A DNA stretch of 57,295 nt, the filler included, from Sanchytrium tribonematis (taxonomy: Eukaryota), in assembly GCA_018985235.1 (NCBI GenBank). It is 5 parts of 5 records of this genome, joined end to end, with 100 filler letters (N's around TTAATTAATTAA, not from the genome) between each part and the next. Parts side by side here need not be neighbours in the genome. Positions count along the whole stretch, not along the records: positions 11,540 to 22,963 come from JADGIG010000260.1; positions 23,064 to 34,417 come from JADGIG010000262.1; 3 more parts are not named here. The stretch is one strand, 5' to 3'. The notes beneath the pieces were generated by a model. That model had not been told where the DNA came from. It made no database searches and saw only the letters and a program-made list of their open reading frames with translations. A program made the translations under genes and the position numbers. Positions within the stretch are counted from its first letter, which is position 1; each line of letters begins with the position of its first letter. This document shows positions 20,972 through 33,132 of this stretch, one piece after another.

Positions 20972-21580
20972 TTATTGATTGAATACTTTGTTGAATTGTT
21001 TCTTAGCTTTCTCTTGAGTAGCAGCATCATTAATGTTGTCCTTGACTTGTTCTGCTTTGTTTTTCATTTCATCTTTTTGAAAACTCACTTTTCCTTTTGC
21101 TTTACCAATGGCATCTTGTGTTTGCTCACCGACAGTGGGTTCTTTGGCATATTGACCCTGTCCAGTTGCCCATTCGTATGTATCTTGGACTTTATCAGCT
21201 AATACGTTTTTGGAGTCTTCTGCAGATTGTTGGGCATTATTTGCTGTTTGTTGAGCAGATGCTTTGGCATCATCTACTTTTCTTTCGACTTTGTCAGATG
21301 TATTCTCATATTTGCCAGAACCAGTAGCCCATTCATACGTATCTTCAATTTTAGAAGTCAACGTGTTTGCAGCTTGCTCTCCTTCTTTTTGGGCATTATT
21401 GGTCATTTTAGTTCCCTGCTTTTGAGCATCGTGTGCTGCTTCTTGCGTACTATTCGCCATTTCTTGTGCTTTGCTTTCTGCTGTTGATTTGACGTCAGCT
21501 GCTTCATTTTCAGCCATTCCGACTAAATTCTTTGCGGTTTGAGTGACAGATTCCAAAATAGTTGGTTGATTTGAACTCAT
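20972..21580 (-). CDS. LEA-like hydrophilic stress protein, tandem paralog 1
   Basis: A/K/E/Q/T-rich amphipathic repeats, two DTYEWATG motifs; ATG at 21580 matches paralog start MSSN. Confidence 0.75.
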   Translation of the reverse strand: MSSNQPTILESVTQTAKNLVGMAENEAADVKSTAESKAQEMANSTQEAAHDAQKQGTKMTNNAQKEGEQAANTLTSKIEDTYEWATGSGKYENTSDKVERKVDDAKASAQQTANNAQQSAEDSKNVLADKVQDTYEWATGQGQYAKEPTVGEQTQDAIGKAKGKVSFQKDEMKNKAEQVKDNINDAATQEKAKKQFNKVFNQ

Positions 21581-21810
21581 TGATAATAAGTGGGAGTCGT
21601 CTCCTTTTATGCCATTTGAAAAATCCTTGGGTTTAAACACAGGTTTTGCTTCCAATCACATTCACTGATTTTCGGTAACATCAGATCTGTAATATCAATC
21701 GGACCATTCAACACTTTGCAAGTACGATGGTAATAATCGATGTCTCGATCTTCACAATTTGGTAATCTAGAGTGTTAATATGGTCATAATTCAAATAAAA
21801 ATCATTTTAT

Positions 21811-22518
21811 TTACGAAGTCATCTTTTCTACCTTCTTCTTTCCTTTTTCTTGTGTAGCACTATCGTTTATATTGTCTTTTACTTCATCTTTCTTGTTCTT
21901 CAACTCATCCTTCTTCTGGCTCATGGCTCCTTTAGCTTTTCCAACTAAATCTTGTCCTTGCTCAGCAACAGATGGCTCGTTGGAATATTTACCTTTTCCA
22001 GTAGCCCACTCATAAGTATCTTCAATCTTCTCAGCTAAGATACTTTTGTTGTGTTCTGCAGATCTCTCAGCGTTATTTGCAGTATCTTCAGCAGATTCTT
22101 TAACATCTTGAGCGGTTCCTTTTGCTGATCTTTTAACATCTTCAGCAGTAGATTGAGCAGATTCTTTCATGTTTTCAGCTTTCTTTGACGCCATTTCTCC
22201 AACAGATGGCTCATTAGAGTATTTTCCTTGTCCAGTAGCCCATTCGTAAGTATCTTCAACGGTGTGAGTCAAATTGTTAATTAATCCTTCACCCTTGCGT
22301 TGCGCATCATGAGCAGTTTCTTTAGTAGATTGTTTGGCATCATCTACCAAGTTATTGTTGGCTGTTTTGTTAGCAGCACGTTGAGATTTGTTTGCGACTT
22401 TGTTGGCTTGATATTCTCCCTCAGCTTTAATATCTTGCGCTTCATCACCAGCCATACCGACTAGATTCTTTGCGGTTTCTGTAACAGATGCGATAATACC
22501 TTGATTGTTTGAACTCAT
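21811..22518 (-). CDS. LEA-like hydrophilic stress protein, tandem paralog 2
   Basis: 11-mer-like repeats (AQDVKESAEDT), two DTYEWATG motifs. Confidence 0.75.
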   Translation of the reverse strand: MSSNNQGIIASVTETAKNLVGMAGDEAQDIKAEGEYQANKVANKSQRAANKTANNNLVDDAKQSTKETAHDAQRKGEGLINNLTHTVEDTYEWATGQGKYSNEPSVGEMASKKAENMKESAQSTAEDVKRSAKGTAQDVKESAEDTANNAERSAEHNKSILAEKIEDTYEWATGKGKYSNEPSVAEQGQDLVGKAKGAMSQKKDELKNKKDEVKDNINDSATQEKGKKKVEKMTS

Positions 22519-22712
22519 TGTTATTTGCGGGCATTTCTCGATTAAATAGCTACTTAAATGTGTCGACTATCTTTAGACTCGGATTTGATTTGTTGATAGA
22601 CCGCCATTGATGATTTGCTTTGATTTTAGATGGTCTAGAGCACTCAAATGCCAATCACGTGGATGGAAAGGAACATGTTGGGTTTAAAAATACCTTGTGA
22701 CACACGGGATAT

Positions 22713-22963
22713 TTATTTTCTTTTAAACAGGTTGATGAAGCCATCTTTGCTAGTTCTTCTGCTTGATTTTATTTTCATATTCTCTGCGGATTGATTTAAT
22801 TCGCTAGATAATGCGATGGATTGAGTTGATTTTTCAATTTTTTGAACATCTTCGTATTCTACATTGATTTGCAATGATTTCTCAAATTCATCAACATCAT
22901 TTAATAGCTCATTGATACTAGTACTTATTTGACTTGTCCGATTGACATCTTTTGAGTTGCCAG
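22713..22963 (-). CDS. 3' end of unknown gene cut by contig end
   Basis: Open frame GNSKDVNR...GFINLFKRK*. Confidence 0.5.
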
Positions 22964-23063
22964 NNNNNNNNNNNNNNNNNNNNNNNNNNNNNNNNNNNNN
23001 NNNNNNNTTAATTAATTAANNNNNNNNNNNNNNNNNNNNNNNNNNNNNNNNNNNNNNNNNNNN
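22964..23063. other. Artificial contig linker
   Basis: N44-TTAATTAATTAA-N44. Confidence 0.99.
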
Positions 23064-23593
23064 CATCTTTTTAAGATATTAAACGATGTCGCTTTGCATT
23101 TTTGCTTGGCAATTTGAAATAGGCAGTAATTTTAAAATCTGTTCTCCAGAACATAAATTCAGATAAAAATTGAAACTTTTCATATCCCAACACTTCTTCT
23201 AGACGGTTCGTACAAATCAAGAACAAATGCAACAGTGTCATTTATAATAGAAAAGTGAATTTAGATTCTGTGGTTTTGCATTTCCAATCAGATGAGAATT
23301 AAATCAGTTAATAAAAAATTTTAAAGAAAAAAAAATAAATATTGAATGAATTAAATATAGATTTTAACAAAAGAGAACAAAAAGAGTCGAAATAATTATT
23401 CAAGACAAATTAACATGTCAACTAGTGGATATTTATTTCGATGACGAGACTTTATTTTGGTACATAAATGACAATGCCAGCTTTAAAAAGGTAATTGTCT
23501 AAGCTCATTATGAAATTAATTCAACTGATCTATTTAAAAATGGGGCTTTTATTTGGTGGTAAAACACGATTTTTCAATATTCTAGGATAAAAC

Positions 23594-24494
23594 ATGGAAT
23601 TAAATTTTGAGCCGTACTACGACGCTATTCACAGACCTTTTTTTGCGGTTGAAAATGCCGTTCTCGCAATTCTACCGTTTAAAATGAATGTTCCTTTTTT
23701 GTCTAAAAGCGAGCACTCAAAGCATATGCCTTTTATGAGCGTCGAAATTCCAATTATATTTTTGACACTATATTGTTGTATCTCATATTGGGGCACTAAA
23801 AGAACCACAAGGTTTGATCATCCTTTTTTCAAGGTTGCTGTAAATGTATATAACGCATCCTTGGTGGCGCTTAGCGCTTTCATGGTGTTAACGATATTAA
23901 TCGAAACAACAAGATTAAATTACTCTTGGTTTAACAATGGGATCGATGAAAGCAAGAGAGCTCTACCTCTAGCAAAGGCCTTATCAATATTCTATTTGAG
24001 CAAATTTCCAGAATTGCTAGACACTGTTATCATGGCTATCAAAGGAAACACTCGCCAGATTTCATTTTTGCATGTTTATCATCATACAAGCATTATCATT
24101 TTTTGGTACTGTATCATGTATTCTACGCCTTATAGCGAAGCTTACTTTACCGCTTTTCAAAATTCATTCATTCATACTTTGATGTACAGCTACTATTTGA
24201 TGACAAGCCTCAAAATCGGAACATACTTTACCAAAAAATTGAAAAAGTATATGACACAAATGCAAATGGTATCAATATCTTATATAGGCTCAATTCGTCA
24301 TGAACTGCTTTCAAACCTTTTATAACTTCTCGGCTTACTTAAAAGGTGAGGCTAAAGGTTATCCAATTGAACAGAATTTCTTCTTATTTATTTACATGAT
24401 TAGTTTGTTGTACCTATTCGGTAATTTTTACTCCAAGGACAGACAGAGAGAAAAGAAACAAGACGAAGGTGTCAAATTGGAGAAAGTCGAGTAA
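23594..24494 (+). CDS. ELO/GNS1 fatty acid elongase, 2 exons (23594-24268, 24288-24494), 293 aa
   Basis: FYLSKFPELLDT, FLHVYHH, NSFIHTLMYSYY; TQMQM|AQF restored by intron removal. Confidence 0.92.
24269..24287 (+). other. 19-nt intron GTATCAATATCTTATATAG
   Basis: Restores the conserved elongase TxxQxxQF motif. Confidence 0.92.
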
Positions 24495-24510
24495 ATGTTT
24501 GAAATAGTTT

Positions 24511-24897
24511 TTATTCTTTATCAACTGTAGCAATAGTTGGGTTTGTTACATAGAGACCGAATTGTGCGCACTTATCTAAAATTGATCTCTTTTTCTTCAG
24601 AGATACCTTTGCCTTGACTTCAATTCCATAAGTAAGTGGATCCATCATATATTTTTCAACGTCTGAGACATTTTCAACCCAAACTTTATATAATCCATTA
24701 GGTAGCAAATGTTTGTTGTGGTTTCCATAGCCGATAGACGGCATTGGGATACACCCTTTGAATCTTCTTCTTACACAACTGTCAATACCATTAGGTTTTC
24801 TCCAACTAGTCTTAACTCTGTCGTATCTATCAGAATGATGTCTTTTAAATTGCTTTGTTCTTTTTTTGGTAGACTGTTTTAACAACGATTTAGCCAT
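24511..24897 (-). CDS. RPL32: 60S ribosomal protein eL32
   Basis: KKRTKQFKRHHSDRY...WRKPNGIDSCVRRRFKG..MPSIGYG. Confidence 0.95.
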   Translation of the reverse strand: MAKSLLKQSTKKRTKQFKRHHSDRYDRVKTSWRKPNGIDSCVRRRFKGCIPMPSIGYGNHNKHLLPNGLYKVWVENVSDVEKYMMDPLTYGIEVKAKVSLKKKRSILDKCAQFGLYVTNPTIATVDKE

Positions 24898-24981
24898 CTC
24901 TTAACTACAGGAGACTTTCCAAAGCAAGTCTGCACGTGAAAATATTTCGAAACTAAATACCTATTTGACCCCGTGATTTAT

Positions 24982-26674
24982 TTAATCTTGATACTTTGGT
25001 CCAGCTGCAATTGTTTCTTTATCAGCTTGATCCTTATATAGATCGAAATTCTTAACAAATAAATCAGACAACTTTTTAACGGTTGACTGGTATTCTTCTT
25101 GAGGACCTTTCCACGCTTTGATTGGATTCAACACTTCTGCAGGAACACCATCACACTTCTTGGGAATGTGTAAATTGAAAACTGGATACGTTTCATAATC
25201 CTCTTTTTCAAGAGAACCATTATGGATGGCATCAATTATGGCTCGAGAGTATTTCAAAGAAATTCGTTTGCCAACTCCATATTTACCACCATTCCAACCC
25301 TAAATAAAAATAAGATACAGTGTTAATAAGCCATGCATTAGCTTTATGATGTTGCATCTTGTCAGCTAGCATACTTGCGTATTTTGTTGGGTGCCAAACT
25401 AAAAACGGTTGCCCAAAGCAAGCACTAAAAGTTGCAGTCGGTTCGGTAACACCTTCCTCAGTGCCGGCAATCTTAGCTGTATAGCCACTGATAAAGTGGT
25501 ACATGGCCTGCGCACTTGTCAACTTAGAAACGGGAGGTAAGACTCCAAAAGCGTCACAAGTTAACAAAATAATGTTCTGCGGATGACCTCCCAAACAAGG
25601 TATTTTGGCACCAGGGATGTAGTCAATTGGGTATGCGCAGCGAGTGTTTTCTGTCAATGCGACTGAGTCGTAGTCCACAACTCTAGTCTTAGGATCAAAT
25701 ACAACATTTTCCAAAACACTACCGAATTTAATTGCATTGTAAATTTCTGGTTCTTTTTCTCCACTCAAACCAACACATTTAGCATAGCATCCTCCTTCAA
25801 TGTTAAAAACGCCCTTTTCCGTCCAAACATGTTCATCATCACCAATCAATTTTCTATGCGGGTCGGCACTTAAAGTGGTTTTTCCAGTTCCACTCAAACC
25901 AAAAAAAAGACTCACATCCCCTTTCTGACCTTCATTTGCACTTGAGTGTAAACTTAATACCCCCGCTTTCGGCATCAAGTAATGCATAACTGTAAAGACG
26001 CCTTTCTTCATTTCACCAGCATATTGAGTTCCCAGAATGACCATTTCACCTCTTTTAAAATCAATGGAAACGCTAGTTGTGCTAGTCATTCCGGTCGTGT
26101 ATCTATTCGCAGGAAATTGGCCCGCATTAAAGACAGTAAAGTCAGGATGCCCGAAATTCTCAAGTTCTTCTTTCGATGGTCTGATCAACATATTGTGCAT
26201 AAATAATGCATGATAAGCTCGGCTGCAAACAATTCTGATTTTCAATCTGTAATCCGGATCCCATCCGGCGTATCCGTCAAAAACATAGAGTCTTTCTTTG
26301 GTGTTTAAATAGTCAATGGCTCTTTCACGATTAATCATAAAAGTGTTTTCACTAAGCTTGATATTGGGAGAATTTCCACCCCACCAAACATCACTTACAT
26401 TCTCAACTACCCGTTTATCTTTCGGGGAACGACCTGTTTTGCTTCCGCTAGAATTAATTAAAGCTCCAGCTTCACTGATAAATGCAGATTCATATTTCAA
26501 AGCATCTTCATACAAAACCGCAGGTGAAGCATTTCTTTTGATGTATTTGGAATAGTCGATTCCAGCCTCTTTATGTAATTGTTCCTTAATCTGATTTATA
26601 AAGTCCACATCGTCAACATCAGCAGGAATCATCGATAAACTCCGTTGCATTTTCGAAAGAGTTCTTCGTAACAT
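24982..26674 (-). CDS. PCK1: ATP-dependent phosphoenolpyruvate carboxykinase, 2 exons, 557 aa
   Basis: [56 protein letters not shown] restored by intron removal. Confidence 0.97.
25300..25318 (-). other. 19-nt intron GTATCTTATTTTTATTTAG
   Basis: Restores the conserved PEPCK segment [25 protein letters not shown]. Confidence 0.95.
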
Positions 26675-26749
26675 TGAGGAGAAGCTTGTACGAAAAAATA
26701 CAAATGTGATCCGTGCGCAATCATCGCTTTAGTTCGGGCAGAACATTTA

Positions 26750-27371
26750 TTAATGACTCAATTTTGACATGATATCCAGTCTAGACTTCCATTCTTGAGC
26801 AGGAAGGTCCACAAATTTTAATATATGTGCGAGCCTTTTCAAAAGCAATGTCGAATCTGTGGCAATTATTTCAACCTTTGAATCTATAAGAATAAATTCT
26901 ACTAGTTCCAAAATCTCAGGCAAATCATTTTTAGATTTGAAAGATCCTTTAGAACCAACTCTATCGATGCTCTTCGACGATGCAGCAGGAGAAATCTGAA
27001 TTAATTAAGTTTACCTTAGCAAGTATAGTGGAAGACTTTTGCTTATAGCCAGATGAAAAATTTACCACAGAAGGCTCATCTTGCGCAGACAAAGATGACT
27101 GGGATTTTGATAGCTCCAGTTTATCACTGGCATTCAAAATAAGTGAAGACCTAAACGATCGTCCTAATGTATTAACCTTGTTGGGTAGATTTGGTAAATC
27201 TTTTCCCTGAAAAACTAATAACCTCCCATGATCTGTCAAGGCTATCCATCTGGTCCTTTCTACAAAACTCATCCGTTCTTTTGCACTTCCAATAAATAAT
27301 ATTTCTTCACTCTCACGCAAAAATATTCGCGTTTGTGATGGGGATGTTGGTTTGATATTCATGGATTCCAT
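26750..27371 (-). CDS. Small PH-like protein family member (2 exons, 200 aa)
   Basis: ER...RxRWIALTDHGRLL resembles PDK1/Pkh-type PH strands; C-terminal DLPAQEW; paralogs at 34518 and 34953. Confidence 0.65.
26996..27014 (-). other. 19-nt intron GTAAACTTAATTAATTCAG
   Basis: Removal opens a frame to 26750 that is homologous to the paralog C-termini. Confidence 0.85.
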
Positions 27372-27531
27372 TTGTAAAAGTGGCGTTCAATTAAGTCGAA
27401 TTGATGACTGAGAGTTCAGCGTGTAAGCAGAACTTGGAAAATTTCATCAAGTATACTTTGAGACGATTTACAGTATTTTAAATCTACTCTTATGACTTGA
27501 ATCGAATTTGTTTTGGGTCCAAAAAATTTTG

Positions 27532-28833
27532 ATGACCCAGCAAATGACTGTTGCTAATTATGAGCTCCTTGATGAACTTGGCTATGGTAATTTTTCTAAA
27601 GTCAAGCTTGCAAGGCATGTTAGAACTAATCAATATGTTGCCATCAAAATTATGCAGAAAAGCAAAATCGGGAAAGATTCTCTTCAAAAGGCAGGGAGAG
27701 AGATTAAAGTCATGAGGTTGCTTAATCACCCACACATTGTTAAACTTGATGAAGTTATCGAAACGACAACTCACTTGTACCTCATTTTAGAATATTGTTC
27801 AGGAGGCGATATTTTCGATTACATCGAGTTAAACGGTAAACTTAATGAATCAGAAAGTCGCAAATTTTTTAAACAAATAGTTAGTGCTATAGAGTATTGC
27901 CATGGTAGACACGTTCTCCATAGAGACTTAAAACTTGAGAACTTATTGTTAGATGATCATATGAATATTAAAGTCGCTGATTTTGGTTTTACAAATACAT
28001 ATAAAAAGGATAGAAAATTATTAACCAGTTGTGGTTCTCCCCCTTATGCTGCGCCTGAGTTGTTCTTAGGGAAACCGTATTATGGGCCGGAAATTGATGT
28101 CTGGAGTCTGGGAGTAGTTTTATTTGCAATGTCTTGTGGTAATTTACCTTTTTCTGGGAAAAACATACAAGAAATTAGACGAGAAGTATTGAGAGGGAAG
28201 GTAGCATATCCTAAACATTTAACTGATGATTGTGTGGATTTAATTAGCCGCATTTTAGTTCCAGACCCGCAATTGAGATATAATCTTAATGACATTAAAA
28301 ATCATATCTGGATGAATCAACTTGATGGCAAAGAATGCGTTCCTGATTCAAAAAACTGTAAATCAACTGTCTCTAGCATACACCTTTTTGAGAAAAGCGA
28401 TCAAATTTCTTTTGGCATTGACAAACTACCCAATATTTTCGATGCATTTATATCACAAAACAATCAAGAAGAGCTTTTGTCCAAAAATTTGGGCAAAATA
28501 TGTATAAACGATTTAAGTATGGAAATTTCCGAAACATCGTCTTCGGAAAAGTTGTCGCTAAATGCTCGAAAATTTACATTTGCTACATTTATTCTACCCT
28601 TTGCAGACCCTGACCAATGTAAATCTAAATTGGTGGAAATACTCAATTCTTTGACAATCGAATTTGCGGGAAATGGGTTTCTATTTGATTGCAAGCTTCA
28701 TCAATTGGAATTTGAGCTAGAAATCTGTAAAATTATAAATTTGGATAAGTATGGGTTAAGGCACCGTCGAAAAAAGGGTGATATTGGTTATTATAGATTA
28801 ATATACACGAAAATCTCTAATCTATTCAAATAA
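27532..28833 (+). CDS. AMPK/MARK-family Ser/Thr kinase with C-terminal KA1 domain
   Basis: GYGNFSKV, VAIK, HRDLKLEN, DFG, TSCGSPPYAAPE; KA1-like FELEICKI...RRKKGD..YY. Confidence 0.92.
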   Translation: MTQQMTVANYELLDELGYGNFSKVKLARHVRTNQYVAIKIMQKSKIGKDSLQKAGREIKVMRLLNHPHIVKLDEVIETTTHLYLILEYCSGGDIFDYIELNGKLNESESRKFFKQIVSAIEYCHGRHVLHRDLKLENLLLDDHMNIKVADFGFTNTYKKDRKLLTSCGSPPYAAPELFLGKPYYGPEIDVWSLGVVLFAMSCGNLPFSGKNIQEIRREVLRGKVAYPKHLTDDCVDLISRILVPDPQLRYNLNDIKNHIWMNQLDGKECVPDSKNCKSTVSSIHLFEKSDQISFGIDKLPNIFDAFISQNNQEELLSKNLGKICINDLSMEISETSSSEKLSLNARKFTFATFILPFADPDQCKSKLVEILNSLTIEFAGNGFLFDCKLHQLEFELEICKIINLDKYGLRHRRKKGDIGYYRLIYTKISNLFK

Positions 28834-28837
28834 ACTC

Positions 28838-31800
28838 CTAACTATCTTTTAAGGTCAAAATAAAGATTCTCTGATAAGAAAGTTCTTCTTTTTCATGATT
28901 CGTTACAATAAGCATATGGTCGCAATTATTGTCAAGACATTGTATATGGCTTCCGCGAATAATTTGTTCCAAATCGCCAGTATTGACATCTCTTATTTCA
29001 ATAAAGGAATCATCAAAAGCTAAAATGAATGGCATGCAGAAAGCAAACTGTTTCGGTTGACCTTCCCAATATATTACAAAATCAGGTTTTGCTCGTCTCC
29101 CACTTCTGTCCACAAAAAATGCAAATTCTAAATAAGTAGGTTTTACCATTATAACAAAGTAAAAATAATCCATGAGCCCTGTACAGAGCGATTGGCTGCA
29201 GATTGTCTACCTTGATCGCAAATGCTAAATTTTCATCTTCTGGATCCAAAAGTCCCTGAGTCAACAAAGAGTCCAGGTCTACAATCTCGAAACCTTTAGT
29301 GCAGCCAACACATATTTTGGTCTTTAAAAAATGTATGGAGGTGGATTCGCTAGGTATGTAAAGCTCGCGATACAATTTGACTGCATCACCTGATGCCCTT
29401 TTAAAAAATTTTGATAAGCCAGCATTCTTTTTTTGCTCTGATAGTGGCTCATAAGCCTTAATCGTGCTGCTTAGCGAAGTCGACTTAACGACGCATACTA
29501 GAGGCTTTTGAGAAGATATTCCTGTTTTAAAAAATGAGACATGTGAGCTAATTTTTTTGCAGGAAAGTAAACTTGCAATTTCATTTAAAGATATAATTTC
29601 TTTGGGACAGCTATAAACAACCTTATCAACCATGAATATAATTTGGTCTTCAATGACCTCGACCTGAGACACAAATTCACATTCTATTATTTTTTTGATT
29701 GAAATTTTTTCTCTTTGACCATTAAAATCAGTCAAATCATTATTTATAAATTGAGCAGACGAATGTCTATTAATACTCGTATTTTGAATACTAAGCGTGG
29801 AAAGCATAGGTTCGCTTTTACTTCTATGCTGGAAAACAGCATAATTTGCATGATAAAGACCATCTTGGCAACCAAATATAATAGTGCCATCATTCATAAC
29901 AAACGCGCAATGAATTATAATAGATTGATCAGATATTAATTCCTTACTAGTGATCACATCAAGACATTGTTCCTGGACCAATTTCTGTTGCTTGATAATA
30001 GCTTCAAGCCATGCCTTTCGATCAGCAAAACTACTTGCTACCAATGTAATAGATTCAATTTTTTTCCCCAAGTATTCAATGACAAATTCAAAAGACTTGT
30101 TAAAATTAGTTAAGCTTTCGAGGCTCTGGATGCTATCTGCCTTATTGAGTGAATCGTGAGATAAATTGTGCGGAATAGAAACTTTTGATTGAAAAGGCTC
30201 TTGCGATTCTGATTCCGTACTTTGATCTTTTTTAACTCTTAAAACAAAATCATTTTCTTCTGGCGAATCTCCAATTATAAAATCATTTGACGATAGGAGC
30301 TCCTCGGAATCTTTTCGAATGCTGTCGGCCGCAGGTTCCTTGAAGGCTAAATCGGTTTGACTTTCGGTCATGCTTTCCTGCTGATGTATAATTTGTTGTA
30401 TTAGGTCATTGACATGGCTGTCTGAAACCTTATCCTGGCCACTTAATTCTAAGGTAGCTTCTTTTGAGTATTCATCCTTTTTGGGATTTTTCCTCTCTTC
30501 ATAGCTTTGTTTCAACGATTTTCTACCTGTCAGGGCTGACTCCTTTGCTTTCCGGTACAAACTATTCTTTTTTCGCTCTTGACTCAAGGAGCGCCGCCTC
30601 TCCTCGGTCATATTCTTCCTTGCTAGACCTAACCATCTACTAGCTCCAACAACACTTAAAATTCCGATCTTATGCTCGTCCAAAACATTTTCCAAACTAC
30701 TTATATGTATCAACTGTAACAATAATGGCCAACCACTTATTTTATACTTTTGCTTTTTCTTTCTCATTACAACCAGACAGTTTCCCAAGAGTAACAAATA
30801 TACACTGTCTATTTGATCCCCAATCTTACGCTTTAAAGGACCTTCTCTAAGAATCGTCTGCTCGGGACTAGCCAATTTTAAGGTGTATTTTTTGCGATCT
30901 TTGTTTAAAATCAGTTCATCATACATATTAAGCTTGACCCTGTTTTCGGATTCTCCACTAAGTTCATTGACTTTGGTCATAATATCTTTAATTATATCCA
31001 TACTTCTCTCGTACCAAATGCTCTCGGTTTTAAAATCAAAATGATTGTGAATATGTAAGTGGTATCCCGGTGGACAATCGAGATGCTCTGAAAAATCATC
31101 ATTTAAAACTTTTCGGATGATTGTGCTCATTAGTAAAGAATAGCGTCCTAATCTTGTTGTGGGTCTGTTTAACCAACTTTGAATTTCCAACCTACGCGAT
31201 AATTCATGCTTTTCACAGGCTTGAATGGTTAAAGGATTGGTAATTTTTAAATTATCATAGCGCTGTTTGCTGTAAGGTAATTTCTTGGCAATATCAGTGT
31301 AATATGGAAGTAAAAGTGGAAAGTATCTCTCAAATATGTCTGAAAAATGAATACCAGTGCCATTGGTAAACGCAGACGTGGTAGATTTTCCGAAGATATC
31401 AAATCGTTTAACTATACACAAATACATGTATAAATGAATGGACCTAATCATCCGTATTGTGTCGATTTCGAAAAGACTGTCTTTGCCTAAAGTAGAATGA
31501 AAAACCTCAAATGTGAATAAATCTTTTACGTAGTCTAGTTCAGTTGATAAAAGTTCATTAACAAAGACATTAGATGTGATCAGTTGGTATTGATTCAGGT
31601 TTTCATGAATTGTAATGACGTTTTCCTCGGTACATTCCATGTGAAACAAATCTTTATATCCTATATCATCAAGGATGCCCACATTAATAGGTATTTTAAA
31701 AGGACAGGTACATGAATAACACTGATATATCTGATTAAAATCGCCCTCAACGAATATAGATTTTGCAAGAATTGGCTTACGAGTACATGTGCAGCTCATG

Positions 31801-32027
31801 CAATTTAAAAGATTAATAATAAGTCCTGAAGAAAGTCGTAAATACTGAATGGGAATAATTTGCATGTTATCTAATAAATATGGATAAAACTCTCTTAATA
31901 TAAGTAAAGCCAAGGAACGGTGCATAGGGACAATTTTACAGAGAGTATTGATCATAGAGTGACCCGTCAGTAACCTTTGTTGGTGCAAATGATGTTGTAA
32001 AATCATTGGATAGAGTTGACTTAGCAT
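28838..32027 (-). CDS. Rom1/Rom2-like Rho GEF (DH-PH-CNH), 2 exons, 1056 aa
   Basis: ELLSTELDYVKDL, RPTTRLGRYSLL (DH); CNH segment YIPSESTSIHFLKTKICVGCTKGFEIVDL; FLLCYN|EFAFFVD restored. Confidence 0.88.
29128..29146 (-). other. 19-nt intron GTAAAACCTACTTATTTAG
   Basis: Restores CNH motif FLLCYNEFAFFVD. Confidence 0.92.
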
Positions 32028-32193
32028 TCAATTCTAAACAATGTTTGATCCCAAAGTAAATTGCAAAATGTAACGTCCAAAGCGATTAATTTAAATATCG
32101 AGCGCAACTACTGTATAAAATCAATAAAAATAATCAAAATCATATTTAGTAAATAATTAATTGGAGGAGTATTTGCTGAAACAAAACCTTACA

Positions 32194-33126
32194 ATGTTGC
32201 CATTCAGCCATATTTTGAAGCTGACAGGCCTTGGGATAGGGTTTATGGCAATAAATATAATTGGACACGCCTTCCAAATATTATCACTAACCCTTTACTG
32301 GAATTACTCGCTATTTTACAGCGTGAATAGTAAAATAGTTGGGTTTCTCTGGCGCTTAGCTCAGCAATTATTCGAGCAAGTCAACGGTGCAACTGTTACT
32401 TTTTCAAAGAATGTAGAATCCATAAAGAATGATGGTAAAAATGGGTTTATCATGTCAAATCATTTGAGCTATAGCGATTGGTATTTATTGCACGCTTTTG
32501 CAATGCGAGCTGGAATCTTGGGTTACTTAAGATATTTTGCAAAAGACACTTTAAAATATATACCAATTTTTGGGTGGGGAATGTGGATCATGGGTATGTT
32601 ATTTGTAAAACGAAGCAGCAAGGAAGATGGCGCAAGAATTCAACAGCAATTCCTAAAATTTCAAAAGTGCAGAGATCCTGTTTACATAGTTAGTTTTCTT
32701 GAGGGCACACGTCTCACACAGTCCAAATTAGCACGATCCCAGCACTATTCAAAAGAGAATAACTTTCCCATTCTTAAACACGTGCTATTTCCCAGATATA
32801 AAGGGTTTGTAACAACTATCCAAGCACTTCGAGATAAAGGCCTTACTAAAGTATATGACCTTACCATCGGGTATTACCATATTCCCACACAAACAGTCAA
32901 TGAAGTAATTCCAAGAATACATACACTAAATGCTAGACCTCCAAAAGAATGGAGATTTCATGTTCACGTTGATGAATATATGGTCTCTGACTTGCCACTG
33001 GATAATGCGGGCCTGAGGCAATGGGTTATTGATCGATATGTTGAAAAAGACAAACGAATTGCCAGTTGGTGCCAAAAGTTTCCGAATGTAAAGGATGATG
33101 GAATAATTACACTACCATACTTTTGA
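32194..33126 (+). CDS. Lysophospholipid acyltransferase (PlsC, AGPAT3/4/5-Cst26 type)
   Basis: NHLSYSDW (HX4D), LKYIPIFGWG, FLEGTR, HVLFPR.KGF, VYDLTI. Confidence 0.9.
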   Translation: MLPFSHILKLTGLGIGFMAINIIGHAFQILSLTLYWNYSLFYSVNSKIVGFLWRLAQQLFEQVNGATVTFSKNVESIKNDGKNGFIMSNHLSYSDWYLLHAFAMRAGILGYLRYFAKDTLKYIPIFGWGMWIMGMLFVKRSSKEDGARIQQQFLKFQKCRDPVYIVSFLEGTRLTQSKLARSQHYSKENNFPILKHVLFPRYKGFVTTIQALRDKGLTKVYDLTIGYYHIPTQTVNEVIPRIHTLNARPPKEWRFHVHVDEYMVSDLPLDNAGLRQWVIDRYVEKDKRIASWCQKFPNVKDDGIITLPYF

Positions 33127-33132
33127 ATAAAT

